The notes beneath the pieces are model-generated. The model was given only the letters and a program-made list of their open reading frames with translations, was not told the DNA's origin and searched no databases. A program made the translations under genes and the position numbers. Below, piece by piece: positions 11,966-26,668 of a DNA stretch of 45,465 nucleotides (position 1 is its first letter; each line of letters begins with the position of its first letter). Source of the stretch: Octopus sinensis (taxonomy: Eukaryota); NCBI RefSeq assembly GCF_006345805.1, contig NW_021834285.1:1-45465 (forward strand). The letters are read 5' to 3'.

Positions 11966-12489
11966 TTCTAACTATCCATAAATTAACTCTGTAAAAATAA
12001 AAAAAATTAATTCTCAAAGTAACTATTTCATTTTTGAATTCTTTACCGTTTTCTGTTTTTAATATTTGAGGAGGTCCAAAATTATAAAATAAATCTTAAA
12101 ATAAAAGAAATTAAAAGTGCTTCCGTCAAATTAGTAGCTCGGGCAAAGCAAAAAATTGGAATAAATATTGCTTACGTTAAAAATATATTTAAGAGCATCA
12201 TTTTCTTCAGGCCAGGGAGTCAAATCTACCATAACAATCTAGTAACGCTCTCTTGGACCTTTTGCTTTAATGTTTATTAAAGAAATATGTGCTTTAAAAG
12301 CTGACTTTGATGTCTTTGTGAGGATAACGGATTCTAATTTTTTTTTGTATATTTTTTTTAGCATGAAAAAAAAGAAATCATCAAAAAAAACCAGCTACTA
12401 TGAACTGGCTCGCAGGATTGAAAGACGGATTCTAATTATTAGTAAATTGGTTAGAATAAGAAACTTTAAAAAACTCAAAAAACGATTAA

Positions 12490-12954
<465 letters not shown>

Positions 12955-13099
12955 ATCACAACAAAAGTAAATTTACAAGTTATGATAAAAAATTTGAATT
13001 TTAATTAAATAATTTTTCTTGTCCAAATATTAAAAAAATAAGAATTAATAATCTTTTCCATCTGGTCACTAATTGCTCTAGAAAATTTCTTTTAGTAGA

Positions 13100-14190
13100 C
13101 CGATTGGCGTCACCCGATGTAACTATACTCTTAATCCCTCGCATCGTCTACGGAGTGGTCAATCCTTTATGAAACGAGAAGCAATTACAACCCGATCCCG
13201 TTGAAGGTCAAGAAATCAAACCGAATGTCTTCTGATACAATTATCCGTATCAGATCATTGAACAAGGAATTGAAGACCAGTGAACACAAACACACTTGTT
13301 TGAAATGGAATCGCATTCTTACTGCCGTAAACCGTAATCGTTTAACGGGAGAAGCCTCCTATGGAGAGGCAGTGTGTCAACTGTGGTAAGTTAGGACACA
13401 CCCGAAAGGTAGGTGGGGTGTAATCTCGAAGGTAAGTCGCACGGCTAGCGTTGCAGTCCCTGCGCCACAAAAGCAATCCAAACCTCCCAAGTCCGCTTGG
13501 GTGGCGAGGCCTGTGAAGCCTGCAAGCCACATTGCGAGCGGGTCGGTATCACCTTCGACGACAAAGTCCGCTAATAGCATCCAGTGGGCTACAGGTGATA
13601 CCGCCCAGCAAAACCTAGGGGGAGGGAAAGACGTCCTCCATACGTGGAAATGCCACTGCACTCCTCCCTTGGCGAGCGTGTTCCCCAGGACACCATTAGT
13701 CCTGCGGCGCAGTTGTGTGTGCGCCTACTAAAATTATGTATGGCGACGAAGTGCAGTGTAGCGGATATGCTACATTGCAACATGGCTGAGGCCAAGAAGA
13801 TTTTTGGCGAGGAGCCGATATGATGCTCAACATTATATCGGTGAACGCGCGCTCCTTGTCCGGTAAAGGAGACGCCGTTATGCACACTCCTAGATATGAA
13901 AGACGAAGGGTGGAAATGTCGAATAAAACTCTAGGGGACATCAAGAGATTGATCGAGCGGGCCTTTGATTACAAAAAGGAGTTCGAGCGTGCGATTAATA
14001 TAACAGATGCAAAAGCTCGACAAGGCTTTGCCACCAGGAACCTACCGCCAATTGAGTCTGACCTTGTTTATGGGGTGAAAAGATGGGTCGCTGATATTGA
14101 GGTCTCTGGGGTTTTGGAACATTTGATTGAAAAGGCGAGGGAGTTTGACAAGAGTGAGCTGTTTATATAATTACTAAATTGGATTAATCA
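13100..14190 (+). mobile_element. Internally deleted LINE-like element (zinc-knuckle ORF1 relic plus start of ORF2)
   Basis: CVNCGKLGH knuckle then a Pro/Ser/Lys-rich tail; ORF 13820 starts LNIISVNARSLSGK (typical APE N-terminus) and then loses endonuclease/RT similarity. Boundaries approximate. Confidence 0.5.
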
Positions 14191-14199
14191 ATATTGAAC

Positions 14200-15150
14200 C
14201 TTTTGAATTTGATTATATTGATCTCCAAATACGAAGACTGCTTACTAAACTGAAAATACGCCTGAAGCCAGCCAATAAAGAGCGACTATACCTTTCAAGA
14301 AGAAGCATAGGATGGGAGTTGACATCAATTGTTTTTAAAAGTGAATTAATACTAGTTCAGTTTTTGGACACCTTGAAGAAAAAGTCGGCTATTTGTCTCA
14401 GGAGGTTTAGGATCCTGCAAGTTATTAAAAAACAGAAACTGCATATGACGACATATGCAGGATTTCTTGTTTCTAAATATGGAATGGCTGATAAACAATT
14501 TGTCACTGCCAAATCCCTGAGGGAGACTCACGTGGAATATTAATCGAACTAAATTAAGAACAAGTCATTTTATTCTATTTTGTTCAGATGTAAAAAAAAA
14601 TTTCAAGGTTGACCTTAAAATGTCTGAGGAAAACAGTACAATCCAGTTTATCGACCCAAAATATCAAGACACGGGTAAATGCATCAATATTGATAGATAC
14701 CCAAGTTCAGTTCGATAAGCCAGATATCTTTATCTACGACAAGCTGAAGAATGAGATACCATAATTGAAATGGGAATTACATCGCAAAAGAAACACAGGC
14801 AAACTAAAGTGAAAAAATTATATAAATACAATCTTCTGACTGGAGAACTAAAGATACTTCACGGGGAACCTGTGGAGATTATTCCATATGCTGACATGGG
14901 ACGGGGTGGTTTTAACGTGTTACCAGGCCTACATAGAAAAATTATCTGTTCAAGGCCTGACGAGAACATAGATTCAGACACTTGTTACGAAAAAGACACT
15001 AGAAAGCATTGTGGTGAAGCATAGGCATGGAATTCATACGCCTCAAGAAGGATTCATTACGGCAACCAGCCAGTTGGTTGAAATGACGTTGGTAGACAGT
15101 TCTCCTAAAAAAGAAAAATTTCTGGAGACCAGAATCAAGAATTAGTTAAT
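14200..15150 (+). mobile_element. Degenerate R4/Dong-like non-LTR retrotransposon 3' part
   Basis: KIRLKPANKERLYLSRRSIG and KYNLLTGELKILHGEPVEIIPY; paralogous to 3200-4350. Confidence 0.6.
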
Positions 15151-15529
15151 TCTTCAATTGGGGTATAGTTGTTTTAAATGATGAATGTCATACTCATAGA
15201 CAAATAATTTCTTTGTTCTAACTTTAAATTTAAAGAATTGAGTTATCAAAAAATTCAAGTTGCAAACATAAAATCAAATAACCAATCATCAATTGTCACC
15301 GGTTTTATAGCCCACCGGGTTGGATAACCCACCATCGAAAAAACTACCAAAAAATATAAATATAATCTAAAAATCATCGTAAATAAAATAAATAAAATTT
15401 TATTTATTTAATGGGAGTCAATAAAAAATAAGAATTAATTCATTAAAAAAAATCTAAATTTTAATCAAATTTTTTTAATCTACGTTTTTTAATCTACTTA
15501 AATTCAATCTACTTACTATTTTTCACCAC

Positions 15530-15810
15530 TTAGACTGGAGATTTGCCAGACTCACAAATGCCGATGTGGGGCAACCGTCAATTGTTATGGACACCACGGA
15601 CACACTGTATGCCGCGGAAAAAACAATGAGGGCCAAGGAAAGAAAATATGAAGCGTTGCGAGACCAATTCGCGTTTTATCCGATTGTGGTCGAGACAACT
15701 GGAGGAATAAGTGGGTTAGCCACATTAAAAAAGCCACGAACACGTGAGATCCGGTGGCTTCTGATCTTTGAGAGGCCGGGGTTCACTTCGGATGGATGGG
15801 TGTGTTAACT
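15530..15810 (+). mobile_element. CRE-clade 3' fragment with internal deletion
   Basis: LEICQTHKCRCGATVNCYGHHG joined to AKERKYEALRDQFAFYPIVVETTG. Confidence 0.7.
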
Positions 15811-15958
15811 TTTAATTATATTTGCTGGTATTCATTAAAATTGTTTACAATAAAAATATTATTTTTTTACCATATTCTATATTTAGTTATTTTAGAATGA
15901 TTTATTATACAGAATTTAAAATAAATAAGCGGCATTATATAATTTTTTTGAAGTGGTC

Positions 15959-17978
15959 ATGGATAAGGTATCTGCAACTATTTACACCATATTATAATCT
16001 TAAAATTAATATATACAAAAACAGAATTTAAAACCAAAACTTTTATCAAAATTCAAAACTGGATCTAATCTTCCAAATTCTGCCAAAGCAAACACAGCTA
16101 CAGCCAAAGCAAGCTCAACTTTGACCAGAGAAAACACAATATCGGCCAAAGCAAGCTCAACTTTGACCTGACCAAACACAGCTACGGCCAAAGCAAGCTC
16201 AAATTTGACCAGACCAAACACAGCTACGGGCAAAGCAAGCTCAAATTTGACCAGACCAAACACTATTATGGCCAAAGCAAGCTCAACTTTGGGCAAACCA
16301 ACCTCTACTTTAAAATCAACCAGTTAATTAAGACTTTAAGTAAAACTCAGAGCCTACGACGTCGACTATAACGCCAATGGAAATAAGAAGGCGTATTGAC
16401 TATCTGGAGAAGAAAATCCCCGTAATCAAGTCGGAGAAGACATCTTCAGGACTCGAAACTGCAAAGAATGACCAAGAACTTGAGGCGGAGATTAGGTTGT
16501 CTTAAATTTACATCGAAATAGTTCACTTCAATCTCAAATCGAAGATATCCAAGGTCGAATTACCTCAAAGGAGCAAATCACTTGCAGCCATAAAACAGAA
16601 ATAGAGAAGCTCAAAACAAAACGTCAGGAAATTGGCCATCAGGAAAGGGAGGCAACTTTCAAATATGACGAGTCTGTGGTTTGTCCATGTCACCCAAGAC
16701 ATTAGAAAAGTAAGGAGACTGCTGATGAGTTGGTTGTCAGCATAAACGAAGACATTTCCTGGGGAGATCGAAGACTTGTAGAGTTTGAGGCAGAGAGGAG
16801 ATTTCAGCATAACCAAGTGCATGAATTGAAGGTGGGATAATTTTCTAAATGGAAGGGGAATATTCGCGTCTTCTGCAGAGTGAGACCGTCCGAAGGGACA
16901 GAGGAATGCCACTGACAATCCACGATGTATTTCAGTCAACAACCCGAATCTGGTTATTACTACAATGACTAATATTGATAGACCAGTCGAGACGGCGGCA
17001 TGCTTGATTTTAAATTTGATAATGTTTTCCCACCAGAAACAAGTCAGGAGACGGTGTTTGAACATGTGTCTGACAGTGTTCAGGTTTGTTTTGCTTATCG
17101 ACTGCAGAGTGCCCTCGACGGTTACAATGTGTGCATATTTGCGTATGGACAGACTGGTTAGACCTTCACTATGGAAGGAGTCAAAGATTCTCCCCGCCTG
17201 GCTGGACTGATTCCACGCGCCTTTGAGTATATTTTTTCTGCGGTAGAATGTTTGAGGAAGAAAGGATGGGAGGTCAGTTTTATCTTTCAATTTCAGTATG
17301 AAATGACTGTCTCTGCGGTAGAGATTTACAACGAACGTATGATCGATCTGCTGAGTGAGAAGAAGGTTGGGAGGTCGGGCAATTCGAATTCCCGCGGTAC
17401 TTCCGTGCACATAAACGGGAGAGACGTGGTGCGGGTAGTCTCTCAGACTCAGGTTGGACTTGGTTTATAATCAGATTTCTGAATTGCTGAGGAGAGCCCA
17501 AGACAATCGGGCTATTGGAGAGACTTTCTGTAATGCGAGGTCATCTCGTTCACATTGTCTGTTTGAGTTGAGACTGAACGGGAGACAGGGCACGGGTCTG
17601 TCTTTGTGTGGGTCTCTCACTTTGGTGGATCTGGCTGGGAGTGAGAGGCTTAATCAGTCTGGAGCAGTGGGAAATCGTTTGACCGAGACAAAGGCCATTA
17701 ATCGTTCGTTGAGTGAGCTGGGGAACGTAATAATAGCCATTTCGAAGAAGAGTAAACACATTCCCTACAGAAACAGCAAGTTAACCCAGGCATTGCAATC
17801 CTCGTTGGGAGGCAATTCTAAAACTTTAATGTTTGTGAACGTCTCTTCCCAACTTGATAATATTAACGAGACTGTTTCCTCCCTCAGATTTGCTGCCATG
17901 GTTCCCACTTGTGCAATGTTATGTTTGTAGGTAAACCACTGTCACATTGGAGTTGCCAATAAAGCTACTTTTAAATAA
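15959..17978 (+). pseudogene. Kinesin-14 (C-terminal motor, KIFC1/Ncd/Kar3-like) with inactivating lesions
   Basis: Tail, coiled coil, neck HNQVHELK|GNIRVFCRVRP, motor motifs FAYGQTG, YNE, SSRSH, DLAGSE, HIPYRNSKLT and ETVSSLRFA; about ten short introns. Lesions: TGA at 16169, frameshift near 16885-16905, and P-loop GQTG*TFTM (TAG at 17159). Confidence 0.9.
16103..16291 (+). repeat. 42-bp tandem repeat, ~4.5 copies, encoding AKASS(T/N)LTRPNTAT in the kinesin tail
   Basis: Units start at 16103, 16145, 16187, 16229 and 16271. Confidence 0.92.
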
Positions 17979-19214
17979 AGCATTTGTCCTATTTTATATG
18001 TTGAAACGCTTAGCTTAATAATGTCTTGAATTTTGACCATATATTTAAAAATAAAAATGACTGATGGATGGCGAGTTTTGTAAATTGTCGTGCACAAATA
18101 AGTTGTTATTTTCATTCAATCAACGGCCGGTTAGTTTGGATGGTCAGAACCAAAAGCATTATAAGCATTGACTGTCGTCTTGCACAAATTTTTTCATTTT
18201 AAAGAATTCGCGTGTTCTGTTAAAGTTTTGTTTTAAAAAATACACTAAAATTTGATCTCTTATTGAAAAACAAGCGTTGATTAAACACGGCGCAGATTAA
18301 TATTGCTTTTATTCTATTAGCCCTTGCCTGATCATTTTAAATACTCATTTTCATTTGGAACTTATTCAACAGGACACCCCCCAGTCAAGCAAGGTAGTAT
18401 AATTTTTGCAGTTTTGTTGACCTGTGTTCCCTTCCCTTGGTCTGAAGAGTCTGAGTTGGCTATTTTTTCAAGGATCACCAATATTTTTTCGGCCATGTGT
18501 TTCCCCTGGATTAATGCATTCAGAGGAACCGGACGGTATAAAGTGCAAAATGGTTTTGGAGAGCCTTTGAATCAAAGCTGATCAAGGCGAGTTTCTAAGC
18601 TTTAATGCGGCCTATAAACCAAATTCCGATGACTCTCTAATCACGTTACTTTTTTCCTCCACTCGCTTTGATCATTCTTCAGGCAATTGTAAACAATTCT
18701 CTTGCCGGCAATTGAGTTTGACTTTTTTCTAATCATGTGAATAAAATTTTAAAAAATAGTTAATTGGTTTATGTCTATTTAATAACTGTCCAACATCTAT
18801 AAATAACATTAGTTCCCCTGGTCTCCTTACATTTTTTACTTTGATTATGAAGACAGACAGAACAAAGAGTTATTGCCAGTTCTTATAATTCAAGAAAATT
18901 AAAAAATCGGTTTTTGAAGAATTTCAACAACTATTAATGACGAAACTAACATACTGAATAAAGTATTGCTGACTTCTATAAATTGCTACCTTAAAGGAAG
19001 AACGTTTTATGGAATTATCAGCTGTCTCACATTAAACTAAGTGTTTTGACACAGATAGACCCTGAATTTTTTCATCAATAATTAAAAAAATAAGAATAGG
19101 AACAAAGATCTAGATTCTATAATATGTAAACGTTTATATGTTTCCTTGCATGTTTTCAGATCTTTGAAAAATAAAAAAACTCCTCAATTGAACTCCTTCT
19201 TTAATCAAAGTCCC

Positions 19215-19465
19215 AATTGAACCGTCCATCTCCTACGCCTGCGCCTCATGGGGACTGCTGATATCTTCGACCAACAGCGAGATGCACCAGAAGAAGCATT
19301 AATTAGATTAACAGCATTCAATTTTGTTTGGATTAAATTTTTAATTCCCCAAATTGCATTATCCAAAAAAATCCTTAGTACTCGAAATAAGTTACAAGTC
19401 GAAATAAATACCCGAAATTTTCTTGAGAGTGTCAGAAAGTTTCCACAAATTCACCAAGTTTGATA
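19215..19465 (+). mobile_element. LINE ORF2 C-terminal relic
   Basis: PSISYACASWG resembles the post-RT 'P.L.Y....W' motif of APE-type LINEs. Confidence 0.4.
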
Positions 19466-19539
19466 TTCATAATTTTCATTAGTTTATATAAGAATTCAGG
19501 ATTAAAATTCTCACTCCAAGCATCACTCTAACTGAGCTG

Positions 19540-19925
19540 AAACAATTTACGTTGCGAATCCACCTCAGAAAATCTTGCAATCAGCATCGCCATGGCTGTT
19601 TACGTTCTGCAGCTTTGCCACACTGCAATTCAGGCTGAATGCTATGCCAATTGCTGCCCTCGGAACATTATTAGAGAATGACTACGCGCGCATCTGTACT
19701 GCACTGAGACTCGGACTTACATCTGGGAACAACATCGTTGCAGATGTGGAAAAATTGTTGACGTCAAAAGTGATGTGGAAAAATTGTCCACCTACTCTCT
19801 TACAAACAAAGTGCTAGGCAAGCTCCTCGACACTCCGCTGTTAACAATGTTATATTACGAACTCTTGAGTCAGTGGGCTTCCCCTCGGTGCTAGAGCTAG
19901 TGGACCTAGATCGTGGAGATCCTAA
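19540..19925 (+). mobile_element. CRE-clade 3' fragment
   Basis: LNAMPIAALGTLLEND..ICTALRLGL..HRCRCGK..RHSAVNNVILRTLESVGFPSVLE..LDRGD; small internal duplication (gatgtggaaaaattgt). Confidence 0.72.
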
Positions 19926-20019
19926 AGATACGATTATTAACAAAAAATAGTTTATATAGTCCTAGTTTTTTTTAACTGTAAGAAATATTGAAAAGAGAAA
20001 AGTTTAATTTAGATTAGTC

Positions 20020-20800
20020 GCCGAGTGGATGGACAGGCAATTTTCAAGCGATATCCATTGAAAAAGCCAGCTCCTTTCACGCCTTTCATGACTCCTCGAG
20101 ATGATTTAACCAATCTTTGAGAGGAGTTTGAGAGCTTTTTGGCCAATTATGCTGCTGGTTTCGAAAGTCAGAGAACAAAGCAGCAAGTGTTGACTAAGGA
20201 AGCATACTTTGCGGTTTTCTTAGTTTTAGCAAGAGCGGAGACAGATCCAGGGCGAGAAGCAGAGTTTATAAGCGATGATAATGAAAACAAGTCGACTCAA
20301 ATTATATCCTATACAAGGGCTTGAACGGGAATACTGTGGACTTGTCAGGACGAAAGACACACAAAGCTCAGACTGCAAAAGAAAAAAGCAGCCATCAAAG
20401 CAAAAAAGTTATACGCCTGAAATCAATAAACAAAACACAAGTCAAAATAAAGAAAATTGAGTCTTTTAAGGATAATGTAAAATTTTACTAGGTTTGGTAA
20501 GGACGGATCGAAAGACACTAGCCAAAATTGTTTTCAAGAAAATAGATAGTCGGCATGTCTGCCATTTTTGAAACCGATGAACATGTATGGGCCTGCGAAC
20601 GCAGTCATGAAGGATCACTTAGCTTTGGACGCACTGCACTTTAGAGACTGACCAATGACAACATTGTCCTTGATGAGGAATTCAAAAGAGGATCACAACA
20701 TGTTAAGCGACACGAAAATGAAGAAAGTGCACCAGGATCTGACCTATTGCGTTACACACGCTTTTTCGTGACCGATAAAATCGCGTAGTGCTAATAATTT
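20020..20800 (+). mobile_element. Decayed LTR-retrotransposon (Ty3/gypsy-like) gag and RNase H relics
   Basis: Degenerate knuckle YCGLVRTKDTQSSDC and RNase H-like LVRTDRKTLAKI..KK..GPAN; many stops. Confidence 0.45.
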
Positions 20801-20828
20801 ATAAATCATCCGTTCGTCACATTTGATA

Positions 20829-22561
<1,733 letters not shown>

Positions 22562-22699
22562 TATGGACTTAATTCTTTTCATTTTTCAAAAGTTTTACGA
22601 TGCTCAACATACAGATTCAAAAAGTCAATTAACAAAATAGCAAACGTTCCGTACTGATGATAGATAGGTTTATTTTCATAAAGAGATACCGGAAATAAA

Positions 22700-25400
22700 A
22701 TTAAGAGCCAGTAGTAGGCCCTACACACTTAGAAACTATTCGTCAAGGTCACCCACATTGGAAAAGTTTCGTGACTGCTCGGTATTTTTTCTCTCAGATT
22801 TACGCCAAAGGCCATTTTGTGCGCTAATCTCGTTTTTCCAGTAGTTTTATAATTCTTGCCTTAGAAGGGGACAAGATCCACACTTCAAGCTCATACATCA
22901 GAACAGGAAGAATAGCTACCCAGAAAATTAATAACACAGTGTCCGGGAGTAGGCGAATTTTGATTAGGCACATGATAATTTGTGTACACCGTTTTTTCCT
23001 TAGGATAATGTCTTCCTCGCACCTTTCATTTTTAGAAAATTGGACTCCCAGATACAAAAGCGATTGGGTCCTCCGAATAGATTCAATCGTATATAGTAAG
23101 GTTTTTACACTTCTTGTTCATACTCTATTGACAATCAAGTACTTCACTACCATCCACTGTTTTATTCACTCTAAATAGATTTATAGTTTCATTTCCGAGT
23201 GATTCTTTTCTATATGCAGTACTAGCCTTCTATAAATGATTATCTCCATTATATTTGATGTAGACCAAATTACGTCTTCTTCAGGTTTCTTAGGTTTCGA
23301 ACGATTCAAACTGCAGTTTTTTTCCATGATTTTGGAACGCACCTTCTCTGAAGGCTGGAATTGAAAAGGTTTTTGAGCAAACACCAAACAATTTGGTGCT
23401 TGCTTGAAACAGACCATTGAAATCTTGTCACACTCTCGGGCCACATTTTTGACTGTCCTTATTCCTTCCCAAATCTCAGACTCAGTAATTTGTAATGTTT
23501 CAATCTGCTTGTGTAGTTTGCTGAAGGAGACTTTGGTAAGGAAGAGATGTATTGCTGAGAAGTTCGATAGTTTCCTCTTGACTCGACATGCATCCTCCCA
23601 GAAGTCTCAGACGAATTACTTCAGCCTTTCTTTGGGTTCCAGTTATTTTACTGTAGGCTTTTCAAAATTTGGGGTGTTTTGGATGGAGCATTTTGCCTGG
23701 CGTAACCAAGCACGTTCCTTTTCAATTTGAGATGTATGACAAAGTGATTTTTCAATAGCACTTATTCTTGTTTCAGTAGAGTTTTGTCTAGGAGATCCCA
23801 GCATCTTTTAAGTTTCGACATAAGTCTATTTTTTAAAGACAATGTTTTTTCATAGACCCCGGGACTATTTGTGATTTTCTGTTTTGAGTAGATTTTTCAA
23901 GAGTACTTCTCCATGAAGCTGCTCAACATGCTTCTAATATAGTCATCTGTTCTTTCTATTGCATCTTCATTCTCCTCGAGTGGCAAACAGGACTTTTCAA
24001 GTGCAAAGGAAATAAATAGTATATAGGAGGCCCAGTCCGTTTTTGCTGCAAAAAATATCCTCCATTATTGTCGGATACAGCATTATAGTTATTCAGATTG
24101 TATTGAGCAGTTCGCAGCAAGTATGAAAGTCTTGCAGCATAAGGTTTACTCTGAGCATGAAAAATCTGTAGTGAGTATCAAGCAGCATGAGTTTATTTGT
24201 AAAATCAGTGACCAATTTGGACTTCATGAGTTGGCTTTGGTTCATGGGGGTGGCCAAGAAGAGAACATCATTAATGGGTGTGGTTGTCAGCCCCGGCAGG
24301 CGAAGATGCAATTTGCTTAGTGCGAAACCGAATTTTTTGGGCGAACAAGAAATATTTATAAGCCTTTACTTCCAGTCAGATTTCACAAAGGGTGGGAATT
24401 ATGTTGAAAATATCCTCAATCATAATATCAGCGCCCCCTCCCGATGGTCGATGCTGTTTTTGTTCATGGAGGACAGCACTCGGGACCATTTGCTTCTGTG
24501 GGCATAGAGCTCCTTGTTTCTTATTTCCTCGTTCAAGGCCTTCAATCGAAGTTTGAGTTGGTTGGTTTTTCAGACTTTTTGAGTTGGATTCTTTTTTTCT
24601 AGGCGTGCCTTGCCAACCCTTCTCGAGAAATTTTTATGATGTTTTGGAGCAGAAATAGAATAATCCACTAGGATAGAACTGTTGACGTAGGCAATTATTT
24701 TGTCCAGAGGAGTTTAATTGTCCAGACAAAGATTCTTCAAATATTGATCTGTACGATTTTGGTAAAGTCCAATCCGTGTGTTTATAGTTGATTAGGCATT
24801 TCTTCGGGGAACAGTTCTTAATTCTCAAGATAATAGGATTGTGGTGACTTTTGGAATTATAGGATGAAGATTAGGATCTTATTGCAGACAGAGAGCAGCG
24901 GGTGATGTCTGGCGAGGTCGCCATATCAGTTGCCCTGTATAGGGTTTTTTAATTTTCTGTACGGTCATTCAGGGCCGTAAGAAAACCGATTTGCGATAGT
25001 AGTTGATTCTTTCTTGGTTCGACGTTTGTCCAGCAAACCAAAAGGACTGCTTAGCGTTCATTTCTCCTCCAATGATAACGTCTTTTAGAGGAGAGAGGTT
25101 AGATAGCGTAGGTATAATATGAGACTTTGGGCAGGAACTGGGAACATATAAGTTCACAATAGAGATTTTTTGTTCGATGTTTTCAGGGAGATATTTTTAA
25201 CAATCAATATTTTAGATTTTGCAAGAATAAAAATCGCTCTTTCAGGAATGCGCTATCTCTGGTACACATTTGCCTGGAGTTTGCCTCTTGGAAGAGCACA
25301 AGTACTGGAGGGGATTCAAATAGTAAAAAAGTATCTTTTAACTATTTAGTCTGGTCTATAACGAAAAAGGCTGTGTCTGGAAGGGTTCGTGGAAATTGTT
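22700..25400 (-). mobile_element. Degenerate APE-type LINE ORF2 (endonuclease and RT relics); possibly two elements
   Basis: APE-like NLYVP..IIGGEMNAKQSFW, SPDIT, INYKHTDW; RT-like region (~23200-23480) and YLG..ILPVLMYELEVW (~22830-23060); pervasive stops. Confidence 0.65.
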
Positions 25401-26149
25401 AAATTCCCGACTCTCTGGACCAGCTCCTTAATTCTTCGTTTTGGGATTGGTCATCGTTGTAGGACTGCTGTATTTAAATGTGGGGACTAAAAATGACTCA
25501 ACTTTGATAAACAAAAAACCGCATTTCGAAGAATTAATAAAACTGAACATGATTGAATGAAGGTTCCAAGAACCAATTTTTTACAATCGATTTAGTTAAT
25601 TTTTATTTAAATTAATTTTTTAATAAATTTTTTATTTATTTAATAATTTTCTAAATTAATTCTATTTTTCTGAAAATTTAAAAATTTCTTTTTTAATATT
25701 TTTTTTTTGACAGATTGTTATTAGCATACAATTCTGATATTTATACAACCAGAGAAAGTTGAATAAATTTTTGACCTCATTAATTTATTTTATGTAAATA
25801 TTGACATTTTAAACTTTGATAACTTCCATTATTGTTAATAACGTGAAATATTTACATAGAGACATTTTATGTGTAATGAATATATATTGTGTAATGAATA
25901 TATATTGTTGTTTTTTAAACGTATATCTCTTTCAAAATTAAATTCATTTGTGATTAGTATTTTTATATTTTCTAGTATATTAATATTTAATTTCTTAGAA
26001 GTAATTATTTTAGATAAAATTAATGGAGATTACACTTGAAAAGCTTGTCGAGAAACAAATAAAACTTGTACAGTCCGAGAAAATAGCTGCATTAGAGTTA
26101 AAAAGCAATTAAATAAGACTAACATTTAGACAAGATAACATTTCTAATG

Positions 26150-26210
26150 TCAAAGAACAGTGGATCTATTTTCAAAGAACAGTGGATCTTTTTTCAAAGA
26201 ACAGCGGATT
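26150..26210 (+). repeat. 22-bp tandem repeat, ~2.8 copies
   Basis: tcaaagaacagtggatct(a/t)ttt units at 26150, 26172 and 26194. Confidence 0.85.
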
Positions 26211-26668
26211 AGGAATTTTTTAATAGTCAACGGAAACAGTGTAATCACAGTAAAAGACGAGAGTCACGGAGTGCGGGAGTATGCTTTACCATGATTACAC
26301 ATGAAGACATAACCAGATGCTGAGGTCTCTCCATCTTCTGCTCTGCAATTATTATAACTTGACGCGGTCCTGAAAGTTACGAACCTACCATGTCAGATCC
26401 ACCAGTGTAATGCCCATTTGGTTTGAGTTTAGTTATCTCCGTCTGGTGAGGAATGGAGACTTGTCTTATGGCACTTTGTTTATATCCCCGCATGTGCAAC
26501 ACCCGCATGTGCAGCACTCGAAGAAACAATATTAGTTTATTCATCTGTAAGTGATCTCAATTCGCCCAAACCGTCTTTGAGTTGCCTGCATTTGATGGCA
26601 CTTATTTCTTGAGACTTTTCTACTGTCTTAAATAATAAATAATTAGAATGTTATAAATAATTAAGTGT

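Noticed and set aside
16169-17161. Stop-codon reassignment suggested by in-frame TGA/TAG in kinesin
   Set aside because: Intact genes end in TAG or TAA and use TGG for conserved Trp; other apparent internal stops vanish on splicing; the TAG is explained by a deletion.
16006-17410. Minus-strand ORFs 16006-16296 and 16565-17410
   Set aside because: Antisense shadows of the kinesin-14 gene and its 42-bp repeat.
18125-18185. GGCCGGTTAGTTTGGATGGTCAGAAC resembles the 5' end of tRNA-Ile(AAT)
   Set aside because: No B box, T arm or 3' acceptor strand follows; at best a tRNA or SINE relic.
18840-19120. Possible Helitron/PIF1 helicase relic
   Set aside because: Only vague similarity; no helicase motif or terminal hairpin.
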